Shown here piece after piece: positions 47,054-56,802 of a DNA stretch of 64,000 nt. Both the position numbers and the translations under genes were made by a program. This stretch comes from a virus. Where the stretch lies: IMG/VR virus record IMGVR_UViG_3300025646_005470. The stretch is one strand, 5' to 3'. The notes below the pieces were generated by a model. The model saw only the letters and a list, made by a program, of their open reading frames with translations, was not told the origin of the DNA and made no database searches. Position 1 is the first letter of the stretch; each line of letters opens with the position of its first letter.

Positions 47054-48892
47054 ATGCCACGACTCAGCTTATGGAAACCACAAAAAGGTAACGATTACAA
47101 CATGATAGACCGTGTGATCCGCGAACATTTTAATGTTGGTGGCACTGGTGTATTCATCCACAAATACCTTGGTCCACATGCTCAAGCAAACACCACAGAT
47201 TCAACCCAGCCTGACAATTCTGTGGTGCGTCCTAACAACATACAAGATTTATTATTTTTAGAAAACAGAGATCGCAAGTACGATCCAGATGTGTATGATA
47301 TGCGTGGAGTATATCAAGTACAGGATTCAGATTTTGATCTAACACAATTTGGTGCATTTTTATCCAACGATACTATCTATATGACTTTTCATCTAAATGA
47401 AATGATCAATATATTAGGTAGAAAATTAATGAGTGGTGATGTATTAGAATTACCACATCAGCGTGATGACACCATGTTAGACATGGCACGTTTAGAGTTC
47501 GCTACAAAGCCAGCAAAAAAATTTAGAAAAGGTGAAACTATTACAGGTGCAACCAGTGGTGTAACTGCAACAGTAGTGAACTACAATCACGATGCAAAAG
47601 TTTTAAGAATGGTCACAGACGGTGACTTTGCAGTTGGTGAAACTGTAACCGGTACATCAAGTACAGCCGTAGGAGAAGTAGCGGCATATTACCCAGAAGG
47701 TCCACAAGCAATCAACAGATACTATGTTATCGAAGATGCCGCTAGAGGTTCAGAAGGTTATTCACCTACTTGGTATCCACACATTTGGAGAGTTAAATGT
47801 ACTCCACTAGTAGACTCACCAGAGTTTTCAGATATACTTGGTACTGGTGAACAAAAAGATGATTTACGAAATTTAATTTCTACATATCAATCAGAAATTG
47901 ACATCAGTGAAGCAATTGTTAATCAAGCACAAAATGAAGTTCCTAAAAAAGGTTTTGAAACTGCTCACTTGTATGTTAACAAAGCAGATCAATATGTTCC
48001 AGGTATGGTTTATGGTCATTGGCAAACCAATACAGCATCATTTAAACTTTACGAGTCAACAAACACAAGTTGGCAAACATTTGACTACTTTGTAAGTTCA
48101 ACGGCACCAACTGACAATTACAAAAACGGTGACTATTGGTTAGACACAGCAAATACCAGCTGGGGATTATATGTTGGCGATGGTGCTGTGTGGAACAATC
48201 AAAGTGTATCAATAGTTGACTCAGCAAACATAGACGGTACTACCAAAGCACCAATATCATCATATGTACCTTCAAGTGATTATGCTGTAGTAGTTTCAGA
48301 TAGAAACGTTGGTGCAACATATTTCAAAAAAGTCATCAACGGTTCGTGGGTAAAAATTGCAACAGATTCAACCACAACTGGATTACTTGGTGTAGATGTT
48401 GCCATTAGTGCAACTGAACCACCAACAAATACTAATGGTAAAATATGGTGGCAACCAAATACAACAGGTGGATTAAATGTATCATTTAAAAAATATTCTT
48501 CAACTACAAATAGTTGGGTAGCACAAGACATTACACTGCACTCAAGTCAAGATTCAGCCAATAACGCATTTGGATTTATGACCAAAGTTGGTGTACATGC
48601 CGGTGATGGTAAACCACCTAATGGTATACAAATTGCACACACAGGTTCAAGTTTCCCTAATTCATTAAATGATGGAGATTACATACTACGTACAGATTAC
48701 GAGCCAAATAGATTGTTCAAAAAAGTTGGTAACAGATTTATCAAAATTGAAGATGACTTGAGAGGTAACTACTCTGCGGCAAACAGAATATTAAATACAT
48801 TTATAGAAAATACAAACACAAGCACACAAACTGCTGACGGTAAAGAACAGCAAGGTTTAAGCAAAGCAGTTAAACCAAGGACAGATGTATAA
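47054..48892 (+). CDS. gp14: Neck protein with insertions
   Basis: IQDLLFLENRDRKYD, FDLTQFG.FL.ND, GRKLMSGDVLELPH, WYPHIWRVK. Confidence 0.75.
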   Translation: MPRLSLWKPQKGNDYNMIDRVIREHFNVGGTGVFIHKYLGPHAQANTTDSTQPDNSVVRPNNIQDLLFLENRDRKYDPDVYDMRGVYQVQDSDFDLTQFGAFLSNDTIYMTFHLNEMINILGRKLMSGDVLELPHQRDDTMLDMARLEFATKPAKKFRKGETITGATSGVTATVVNYNHDAKVLRMVTDGDFAVGETVTGTSSTAVGEVAAYYPEGPQAINRYYVIEDAARGSEGYSPTWYPHIWRVKCTPLVDSPEFSDILGTGEQKDDLRNLISTYQSEIDISEAIVNQAQNEVPKKGFETAHLYVNKADQYVPGMVYGHWQTNTASFKLYESTNTSWQTFDYFVSSTAPTDNYKNGDYWLDTANTSWGLYVGDGAVWNNQSVSIVDSANIDGTTKAPISSYVPSSDYAVVVSDRNVGATYFKKVINGSWVKIATDSTTTGLLGVDVAISATEPPTNTNGKIWWQPNTTGGLNVSFKKYSSTTNSWVAQDITLHSSQDSANNAFGFMTKVGVHAGDGKPPNGIQIAHTGSSFPNSLNDGDYILRTDYEPNRLFKKVGNRFIKIEDDLRGNYSAANRILNTFIENTNTSTQTADGKEQQGLSKAVKPRTDV

Positions 48893-50265
48893 TGGCACAA
48901 TTTTGGTATGATCAACAGATAAGAAGATATCTACTACAGTTTGTACGTATCTTTAACGGCTTTCAAATTCAAAGCGGACAAAAAAATGCAGGTGGTACTG
49001 CTTCACAAACATATAGAACTGTACCAATGCGTTATGCAGATATGTCAAGAATGGTTGCACATATACTACGTGGCAATACAGAAAATGCATTAAACTCTGC
49101 ACCATTTATGACTTGTCATATTGCTAACATGAATATTGCAAGAGAACGCAGACATGATCCAAAATTAATTTCATCACAACAAGTACAGGAACGCAAGTAT
49201 GATGCTATCAACGATCAATACACAGCAGAACTTGGCAATACATATACAGTTGATAGATACATGCCTGTGCCTTATGACTTAACCATTAATGTTGATGTGT
49301 GGTGTTCAAACACAGAACAAAAACTACAGTTGCTAGAACAAATACTTACACTGTTTAATCCCACAATAGAAATTCAAGCAAATACTAATCCACTAGATTG
49401 GACCAACATCACAGTTGTAGAACTAATTGATATCCAATGGTCATCTAGATCAGTTCCACAAGGTGTTGATTCACAATTAGATATTGCTACACTCATTTTT
49501 CAAATTCCTATTTGGATTAACCCTCCAGCAAAAGTTAAAAAACAATCAATTATACACGGAATTATTAATAGAATACATATGGATGATCATTTATCAGATT
49601 TAGAATATGATAAAAACATGCAAGACTTTTTTGATCAATTTAGTAACCTAGAAGAAATAGTTGTTACTCCTCAAGATGCTCAAATTGATGTAACTGGTAA
49701 TACAATTAGTTTATTAAATGCACATGGTGTAAATGAAGGTTATTCATGGAAAGAATTTTTTGAACAATACGGAGAATTTCAAGCATCAACATCAAAAATT
49801 AAATTAAGACGTGCATCTAATATAGAAGATTCAACACAAGACATAATTGGTACTATTGCTTATAACCCTGCAAATGATAACCAATTAATATTTACAATTG
49901 ACTCAGCAACACTACCAACTAATACAAAAACTTCTGTATTAAAAATTATTGATCCACAAAAAAACACTCCAGGTGATGGCACACTAGCAGGTCAACAAGC
50001 AGGTCAAAGATATTTAATAATTAACGACATTATAGCTAATTCAAAGAATTGGGGTACTGTTGTTGCTTCTGCAAATGATATTATAGAATTTAATGGTACG
50101 CAATGGACTGTTTCTTTTGATGCAAGTCTAAATGGTGATACTCAACAATACGTAACAAACAGCACCACAGGTTATCAATATCAATGGAATGGCAGTGAGT
50201 GGATTGACACTTATCAAGGTCAATACAAACCTGGCTATTGGATTTTAAATCTAGCAGGACTTTAA
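48892..50265 (+). CDS. gp15: Tail completion/sheath stabiliser
   Basis: FWYDQQIRRYL, MPVPYDL, QLLEQIL.LFNP, WINPP. Confidence 0.8.
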   Translation: MAQFWYDQQIRRYLLQFVRIFNGFQIQSGQKNAGGTASQTYRTVPMRYADMSRMVAHILRGNTENALNSAPFMTCHIANMNIARERRHDPKLISSQQVQERKYDAINDQYTAELGNTYTVDRYMPVPYDLTINVDVWCSNTEQKLQLLEQILTLFNPTIEIQANTNPLDWTNITVVELIDIQWSSRSVPQGVDSQLDIATLIFQIPIWINPPAKVKKQSIIHGIINRIHMDDHLSDLEYDKNMQDFFDQFSNLEEIVVTPQDAQIDVTGNTISLLNAHGVNEGYSWKEFFEQYGEFQASTSKIKLRRASNIEDSTQDIIGTIAYNPANDNQLIFTIDSATLPTNTKTSVLKIIDPQKNTPGDGTLAGQQAGQRYLIINDIIANSKNWGTVVASANDIIEFNGTQWTVSFDASLNGDTQQYVTNSTTGYQYQWNGSEWIDTYQGQYKPGYWILNLAGL

Positions 50266-50274
50266 TTTATCAAG

Positions 50275-50305
50275 TTGACTAACTAAAAAAACCATGCTAT
50301 AAATA
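50275..50305 (+). promoter_or_regulatory. Composite sigma70 and late promoter for NUDIX
   Basis: TTGACT-N17-TATAAA, where the -10 is part of TATAAATA-N5-ATG. Confidence 0.7.
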
Positions 50306-50310
50306 CTAGT

Positions 50311-50733
50311 ATGTATGACGCAGTAGGAGCCACATTTTTATCACAAGATACAAAAAAGTTTTGTCTTAATAAAAGATCAAAAAGCGTAAGCAATTCTGGT
50401 ACTTGGAGTTTTTGGGGTGGTAAAGTTGAATCTGGTGAAACTGTCATTGGTGCGTTAAAAAGAGAAATCAAAGAAGAAATTGGATTTGTTCCTAAAATAG
50501 TAAAAATACATCCTTTAGATATCTATCAAAGTAATGATGGTCATTTTATGTATCATACATTTGTTATCATAACACCAACTGAATTTGAACCAAATATGAA
50601 CCATGAATCACAAGATTATAGTTGGTCGAAACTAGCAAATCTTCCTAGACCTTTACACCAAGGTGCACGTAAAACTTTACTAGATAAAAACAATGTTAAA
50701 AAGTTAAAACTGATAGTAAATAGTATTGACTAA
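50311..50733 (+). CDS. NUDIX hydrolase
   Basis: Nudix box GGKVESGETVIGALKREIKEEIG. Confidence 0.92.
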   Translation: MYDAVGATFLSQDTKKFCLNKRSKSVSNSGTWSFWGGKVESGETVIGALKREIKEEIGFVPKIVKIHPLDIYQSNDGHFMYHTFVIITPTEFEPNMNHESQDYSWSKLANLPRPLHQGARKTLLDKNNVKKLKLIVNSID

Positions 50734-50761
50734 CAATACAATAAACTAAAGGATATAAACA

Positions 50762-51430
50762 TTGTCACGCATAATAAACTTTAATCAGGCTAGAATAGCA
50801 CACACTTTTGAAAAATTTGCAAAAGACAGTGTTATTACAGATAATATTCTTGAAAACATAGTTCCAAATTTTCATTTTCAAAGCGACATAGATGATGTTT
50901 TAAACGAATATACAGATCGTGATCGTAAACGTTACTTTAAAATTTTACAAGATATGAAAAATGCTGTAAAACAAATGACCAGCGAAGACAACATGAGTAT
51001 ACGTTTTCAATTAGAAGATGAGTATTTTGAACTACTACAAAAATTAGAAACTAATAACATAAAATATAAGATACCGTCTATACTAATAAAATATAGAAAA
51101 GATATAAATCCTATTAGAGCATTAAAATTTGAACTAGAAGAAATTATGGCTATGCCTGAATCAGATGATGACTATCATATATGGTTAATTAGACAATATA
51201 AAAATGAAGAAAAAATTAATAACATTATAAAAGATATTAATGCTGATTTAAGAAGTATTGTAAAAATGCAAGAAAAATACAAAGACGCTAAAAAAGAATA
51301 TCCTTATTTTGTATTACCAATGAGTTATTATCACTGTATTGAAATTGAAACTGATATGAAAAGTTGGATTAAAACTCTAAAAGAATTTTTAATTTGGACT
51401 CAAGATTCTATCAACAAAAGATATCTTTAA
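50762..51430 (+). CDS. Hypothetical protein
   Basis: 222-aa ORF, TTG start after AAGGA. Confidence 0.65.
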   Translation: MSRIINFNQARIAHTFEKFAKDSVITDNILENIVPNFHFQSDIDDVLNEYTDRDRKRYFKILQDMKNAVKQMTSEDNMSIRFQLEDEYFELLQKLETNNIKYKIPSILIKYRKDINPIRALKFELEEIMAMPESDDDYHIWLIRQYKNEEKINNIIKDINADLRSIVKMQEKYKDAKKEYPYFVLPMSYYHCIEIETDMKSWIKTLKEFLIWTQDSINKRYL

Positions 51431-53742
51431 ACAACAATGTTAACCAACTTAATGCCTGTGTTACTGTTATCTTCTAAAGATTTACCAATCACACAATAAC
51501 CTGCCGGTGCTGGACTATCATCTGTTAGTGTTGTAGCAGTACCTGGTGTTACATTAGTTACAAGTAGATCGCCTTTTTTAACAGGACCTTCTACTTTACA
51601 AGGAACTTTACCACGAAGTGCAACTGCTACACCATCTGCATCTTTGTTCATTAGGTAGGCTGGTGCTGTTGATACTACACCTGCTACTCTGTGATCTAAT
51701 AATCTATTACACTGTGTAACTTCATGATCTCCACCAAACACAACAACTGTACCAGGTTCATAGTCTGCATCTGATTTATAAATCTCTGCCAAGTCAGCAT
51801 ACTGTGCCTGAGTTGCTGTTAGGTATGCAGTGGCCGCCTGTATGTCTGCATTTGCTGTAGCAACAATATTTACATCTGCCGCAGTGTTTGTTGTTGTTGC
51901 CGCTACCCATCTATCATCTGTTTCATCCCAATACCATGCGGCATTGTTTTCAGCAGTACCACGTTGTACCATAACACCACCATCATTGGTGTTGTTTGCT
52001 GGTTGTGTGCTGTGTTTGTTCAGCAACATTATAGCATCTTCAACTTCAACGTTGGTTACTTCAAGTGTTGTTGCTGTACCTGTAACTGTTAAGTTACCAA
52101 GTATTTGTACAACGCCTGTACCTTGTGGATCTAATACAATATTGTTAGCACCTGTTGAAATAATTGAATGTGTTTGTACATCTAAATCCCCGCCAAGTTG
52201 TGGTGTTGTATCATCAACAACTTCTGTGATAACATCTATACCTGCTGTCCAAATAAAAGATGATGTACCATGATCGTATTGTAATAGTTTTCCATCTTCT
52301 GAAGCACCTACTGACGAAACACTACCTAAATCTGTCAATGTCATTGTAGCCGCTACTGCCTGTGGAGTAGCACCAACCCAATTTGATCCATTATATCTTA
52401 ACAAGTTGTTGGTTGCTGATGTTAATACTGGATTCATTGTAGGTGTTTGATTTATCCAAGTAGTGGTACTGTTTGCATATAGTATTTGTCCTGTTTGTTG
52501 TGATGTAATAGTTACATATTGTAAGTCATTAAGTTCGTCAGGTGTATCAATTTTAAATTCTGTTGCGGTAAAATTTATATCACTTAATTCATATGCATTT
52601 GCGGCACCTGAATTAAATTGAACTGCAATTTTATATGCTACTGATGTTACTGATGGACTAGATCCTGTTAAATCATCTAAATGTGTAAACCCTAGAGGAA
52701 AACCTTGGGTCATTGTATTGTACTCAACAACTGGTGTTGCTGGCCATACACCACTACCATTAATTGATCTAAATAAACCAATTTTAGAACCACCTGCTGT
52801 TTCTGTATCAATATTAGATGCATATGAAATTTCAACTTTTCCATTTGTTGTAATAGTAAAACTAGAAATTATTGCTACATCAGTCCAACTTGTTGCTAGA
52901 CCAGTTAAGTTAACACTAGTTGTTGACGATTTTTGTGTGTTAACTACTCCAAGTGCTGGTGACTGTGCTACAAAATTTGCACCATTATACATTAAAATTT
53001 GTCCGGTTGCTGGAGCAACACTTGTAATGTCAACATCATTTAATGCGTCTACTGATGTTGTGGCAATTCTTGCATCAATGTCTGTGTTAGCTCTTGCAGT
53101 TGTATAGTATAAGTTTGTTCCTTCACTTAAATTGGTTGTTGATTTAGTTGCTAATCTTAAATCAAATCTTGTGTCTGTGTAGTATAGATTTGTGCCTTCT
53201 GTTAAATTTGTTGTTGTCTTGCCTGAAAATGCTGTGTCAAATCTACCTGTTGTATAATATAAATTTGTGCCTTCTGCTAAATTAGTTGTTGATTTAGTTG
53301 CTAATCTTGTGTCAAATCTACCATCTGTGTAGTATAAGTTAGTGCCTTCTGCCACATCATCTGTTGTTAGTGTGTCAAATTCAACTCCTGTTTCACCTGA
53401 ATTTACTTTTAGATATCGTCCTGCTGTGCCCGTGTAACTTGCTGGAGTGTCTGATAAATTTGTCAAACTTGTACTAATAGCGCCGGCATTAACAATATTA
53501 GCACCACCAAAATCCCAGCCACTACTACTAGTGTTATAGCCAAATGTAGCAATAATTGATCCACTTGATTCAACTTCAATACCAGATAATTGAGTACCTG
53601 TTAGGGTACCGTCTTTATTAAGAGTAATTAGTCGATCTTTTACTGTTAAATCGTCTGTATTGGTTGTGATCTGTGATCCAGAAACCTGAAGATTTCCAGT
53701 AATAATTAAGTCGTTTGATCTAATAACTGTTTGATCTGCCAT
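51427..53742 (-). CDS. Tail fibre/spike-like protein with C-terminal intramolecular-chaperone-like domain
   Basis: EGTNLYYT repeats; VEDAIMLLN; C-terminal AQYADLAE...YEPGTVV...VALRGKVPCKV..GDLLV. Confidence 0.75.
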   Translation of the reverse strand: MADQTVIRSNDLIITGNLQVSGSQITTNTDDLTVKDRLITLNKDGTLTGTQLSGIEVESSGSIIATFGYNTSSSGWDFGGANIVNAGAISTSLTNLSDTPASYTGTAGRYLKVNSGETGVEFDTLTTDDVAEGTNLYYTDGRFDTRLATKSTTNLAEGTNLYYTTGRFDTAFSGKTTTNLTEGTNLYYTDTRFDLRLATKSTTNLSEGTNLYYTTARANTDIDARIATTSVDALNDVDITSVAPATGQILMYNGANFVAQSPALGVVNTQKSSTTSVNLTGLATSWTDVAIISSFTITTNGKVEISYASNIDTETAGGSKIGLFRSINGSGVWPATPVVEYNTMTQGFPLGFTHLDDLTGSSPSVTSVAYKIAVQFNSGAANAYELSDINFTATEFKIDTPDELNDLQYVTITSQQTGQILYANSTTTWINQTPTMNPVLTSATNNLLRYNGSNWVGATPQAVAATMTLTDLGSVSSVGASEDGKLLQYDHGTSSFIWTAGIDVITEVVDDTTPQLGGDLDVQTHSIISTGANNIVLDPQGTGVVQILGNLTVTGTATTLEVTNVEVEDAIMLLNKHSTQPANNTNDGGVMVQRGTAENNAAWYWDETDDRWVAATTTNTAADVNIVATANADIQAATAYLTATQAQYADLAEIYKSDADYEPGTVVVFGGDHEVTQCNRLLDHRVAGVVSTAPAYLMNKDADGVAVALRGKVPCKVEGPVKKGDLLVTNVTPGTATTLTDDSPAPAGYCVIGKSLEDNSNTGIKLVNIVV
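53085..53375 (-). repeat. Four tandem ~25-aa (75-nt) coding repeats in the fibre
   Basis: (T/D)NL(A/T/S)EGTNLYYT..RFD..L..K repeated four times. Confidence 0.85.
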
Positions 53743-53814
53743 GCTGTATTATGCTCCAATGTATATTACTTATTTAGCAGATTTGGCCAATTTATAATAT
53801 GTGTACAGTCAAGG

Positions 53815-53841
53815 GAAACCCCGGAATAAATCCGGGGTTTC
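53815..53841 (-). terminator. Hairpin after the major capsid gene (probable terminator or stabiliser)
   Basis: GAAACCCCGGA-N5-TCCGGGGTTTC perfect 11-bp stem; weak U-tract. Confidence 0.7.
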
Positions 53842-53858
53842 TATATTGATATCTAATA

Positions 53859-55028
53859 TTAGATAAATGTTGCGTTTGAAATAGCAATTTTTGATAGGTA
53901 GTCTGCTGAATTACCAAGTGATGATGCAGTGTTTGTTAACTCTACATAACCGTATCTTGTCATAAAGCTCACTACTGGTTCAAAAGTTGATGGATCCACA
54001 ATAACGCCTGATGACATTAATGGGATGTATGGGCAATAGAATGCCGCCGCATCAACTTCACCTGCACCTTTGTAACCAATAAGTACTGGTGAATCATCTA
54101 CTAAGTATGAGTTTACATATACTCTCATTGCACCGTTTAAAGTACCTACAAACTTAGTGTTTGTTGGAGCTTCAAAAGTACCTTCAGTTGTTCTTGCAAA
54201 CGCTGAAGTTGTAGCTGATTGTAAAATTGTCAAAGCCTGTGGAGAAACAACAGCCCAGTTAGCCGCGCCTCTTCTTGTTCTTTGAGCAATTAAGTTTGCT
54301 TCTCTGTTGATAGCAACTGCCAATGCCGCATGTTCGTCACCAACAAATGTTGCTGTACCTGATACAGATGATTGATTGTATGCTGTACCTGAACCTGCTA
54401 AGTTTGTTAATGAAGAAAGGATCTCTTGATCGATCTCAGCAGTAATTTCTTGTGCTAATGCCGCCATTACTTCTGCTTCTACATCTAAACCATGCATTGC
54501 TGATGCGTCTTGTGCCGCTTCAAATGTCCAACGTGCAGATAGCTTTCTTGTTTTAGCTTCTACAGTTTGTTTTAAAATTTGAATTGACATTTTGTTACCA
54601 GCTTCACCCTCTAAAGATGAAGTTGATGCACCTGCTACTGGTGATTGTGCACCAGAACCTGGATTTGCTGAGTAAGATCTTGCAATTTCAAAAGGTGAAA
54701 GTGCTTCAGTACCTGCTGTTACACCGTCTTTTGCATCTGAGTATCTAACTCTTAATGTGTGGATTTGACCTACTGGACCTGTCATTGGTTGTACACCAAC
54801 GATTTCGTTTGCAATTACTGTAGGCATCACACGTCTGATTATTGGAAGAATTACTTTGTTTAAAGCCGCTACGTTACCAGCACCTGTGGCACCAGTTGAA
54901 GCCGCTTCAGCCAAGTACTTCTTTGTATTCTCAAGGACAGCATCCATTGATTTTGCTTTAGTGCCTGAAAGGCCTTCCATCAATGCTGATTTTGTTTCTG
55001 TCCAGTTTTCGTTGATCATGTTTGTCAT
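53859..55028 (-). CDS. gp23: Major capsid protein
   Basis: RRVMPTVIANEIVGVQPMTGP.GQI, RKLSARWTFE, EIDQE, FYCPYIPL, FMTRYG. Confidence 0.96.
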   Translation of the reverse strand: MTNMINENWTETKSALMEGLSGTKAKSMDAVLENTKKYLAEAASTGATGAGNVAALNKVILPIIRRVMPTVIANEIVGVQPMTGPVGQIHTLRVRYSDAKDGVTAGTEALSPFEIARSYSANPGSGAQSPVAGASTSSLEGEAGNKMSIQILKQTVEAKTRKLSARWTFEAAQDASAMHGLDVEAEVMAALAQEITAEIDQEILSSLTNLAGSGTAYNQSSVSGTATFVGDEHAALAVAINREANLIAQRTRRGAANWAVVSPQALTILQSATTSAFARTTEGTFEAPTNTKFVGTLNGAMRVYVNSYLVDDSPVLIGYKGAGEVDAAAFYCPYIPLMSSGVIVDPSTFEPVVSFMTRYGYVELTNTASSLGNSADYLSKIAISNATFI

Positions 55029-55029
55029 T

Positions 55030-56136
55030 TTACTTAACTCCTAGACCTGCTAGTTTTCTAAGTTCAACAATGTCACCAATGTCTGAACTTTTTGTTTCAG
55101 CAGGTGCCTCTCTGTTACCAGTTACCTCTGTTACTGATTCAGTAACAATAGTTTTATTTGCATCTGCTCTCACAGATTCATTTAAAACTGCTGGTAAGTA
55201 TTTGTTAAACTGTTTTTTCAAATCGCTTGTTTGTACAGATTCAAGCAATTCGTTCATTACTCGACGCTTTTCTTTGGATAAATTTGCAGTTAACTCTGTA
55301 AGAGCTTTTTCACGTACATTTTTATCTTCAGCAATTCTTAATTTAGTTTGAACTGCTTCAATTTCTGCGTCTTTTTCTTTTAGTTTAGATTCTGCTTCAA
55401 CAGTAGTTGATTTTACAGTTTCTAATTCTTTTTGAAGTTTTCTAACCTCTGTACCCTCGGCTAGATGAGAAGACATATACTCGCCTGCGAATGCTTCAAA
55501 TACTTTTCTACCAAAGTTGTTTTCTTTAGCAACTTTAATGTCATCTTTAAGTTGTGATAATTCGCTTCTCAAACTCTTCTCAACAGTGTTTTCAACAACC
55601 TGTGCCGCTTTAGAAACAAAACGTTGTTTCGCTTCAGCAATCATTTTCTTGCCTTCTGCTACTAATTTAACTTTTTGTTCTACAACTGCTTTTTTGTCGT
55701 TTTCAAACTCTGTTATCTCTTTTGCTAATTGTTTAACAACAAAGTTTTCCAATTTTGCAAAATTGTTTTTCAAGTCTGTTCTATCAGCGTGTAGTTCTTT
55801 TACTTCTTTAGCTAATTGCTCAGCAACAAATTTGTCTACTAGACCAACATGTTTTTGAATGTTAGTTTTGTAAGCAACTGTTTGCTCAGCCAATGCCGCT
55901 CTGTCAGCCTTCAGCTCTTCAATTTCAGCTGTAATTCTGTCAGTTAGCATTTTGTCCATAGCTTCAACTATTTGCCCTTTGTCATTTTCATAACGTTGAG
56001 CAAATTCATCGCGAAGTTCAGCAGTGATCTCTTCTCTGGCTTCATCTAACTTAGATTTCCACGTTTCTTGAATCTGAGTTCTCAATTCTTCTGAAATGTT
56101 ATCTGACTCAAGTATTCCGTTAAAAATATCTGCCAT
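55030..56136 (-). CDS. gp22: Prohead scaffold/core protein
   Basis: Long coiled coil between protease and MCP; FGRKVFEAF; C-terminal LRKLAGL. Confidence 0.85.
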   Translation of the reverse strand: MADIFNGILESDNISEELRTQIQETWKSKLDEAREEITAELRDEFAQRYENDKGQIVEAMDKMLTDRITAEIEELKADRAALAEQTVAYKTNIQKHVGLVDKFVAEQLAKEVKELHADRTDLKNNFAKLENFVVKQLAKEITEFENDKKAVVEQKVKLVAEGKKMIAEAKQRFVSKAAQVVENTVEKSLRSELSQLKDDIKVAKENNFGRKVFEAFAGEYMSSHLAEGTEVRKLQKELETVKSTTVEAESKLKEKDAEIEAVQTKLRIAEDKNVREKALTELTANLSKEKRRVMNELLESVQTSDLKKQFNKYLPAVLNESVRADANKTIVTESVTEVTGNREAPAETKSSDIGDIVELRKLAGLGVK

Positions 56137-56148
56137 GAGTAGTTCTCC

Positions 56149-56778
56149 TTATAACTTCAACTCTTTTATTAATTTAACTATCTCATCTCTAAGATAGTTT
56201 TCTGCTTTGCGATCATACATAGCATCTGCGCCTATACCATATAAACGTCTTCCACCACGCATGTTCATCAAACCTTCGTATATTGCTTTTGGATAAGCAT
56301 CTGGGGCCGATGGTTGTGCAACAATATCTACTGTAACAATTTCAAAATCAGACACTTTGCCTGACTCATTCACGTTACCAGTACCTCTTGATGACACACC
56401 CAATTTTGCTCCACTTTCCAAAAGGGTTTTTACAATGTTTCCCATTGGGGTTGGTAAAATTTTAAGTTTACCAATTCCGTTTGGACCGTCCATCCACATT
56501 GATTCAATCATGTGTGACACACGATCTAAATTCACTGTTAATTCTTCAGGGTGATCTGCTTCACCTAGCACAGAATAACCACCTTTCAAACGTTCGTCCA
56601 CTGAAGTCACCGCTTTTTCGATTTCTTCAAGTGGATAAACACGTTGATTTTGATTCTTTACTCCGCCTTGGATGAATACACCTTTCATGAATAAGTTTTT
56701 CTTTCCCTCTTCACCTTCATGTAATACTTGCATGCCGGCTTGATCAAAAGTTAAACTTTCTAAAAGTGGTTTTATCAT
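56149..56778 (-). CDS. gp21: Prohead protease
   Basis: NQNQRVYP, GEADHP, VSH, LGVSSRGTG, DIVAQPSAPDAY. Confidence 0.93.
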   Translation of the reverse strand: MIKPLLESLTFDQAGMQVLHEGEEGKKNLFMKGVFIQGGVKNQNQRVYPLEEIEKAVTSVDERLKGGYSVLGEADHPEELTVNLDRVSHMIESMWMDGPNGIGKLKILPTPMGNIVKTLLESGAKLGVSSRGTGNVNESGKVSDFEIVTVDIVAQPSAPDAYPKAIYEGLMNMRGGRRLYGIGADAMYDRKAENYLRDEIVKLIKELKL

Positions 56779-56802
56779 CTTGACGATCTCCTATAAATCA
56801 AA

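Noticed and set aside
50236-50265. gp15 also ends in LAGL like the scaffold motif
   Set aside because: It lacks the preceding basic/helical R-I-x-x pattern (WILNLAGL) and gp15 is a tail protein; probably coincidental
53085-53375. Regularly spaced DNA repeats resembling a CRISPR array
   Set aside because: They are in-frame 75-nt coding repeats that vary at synonymous positions and have no unique spacers
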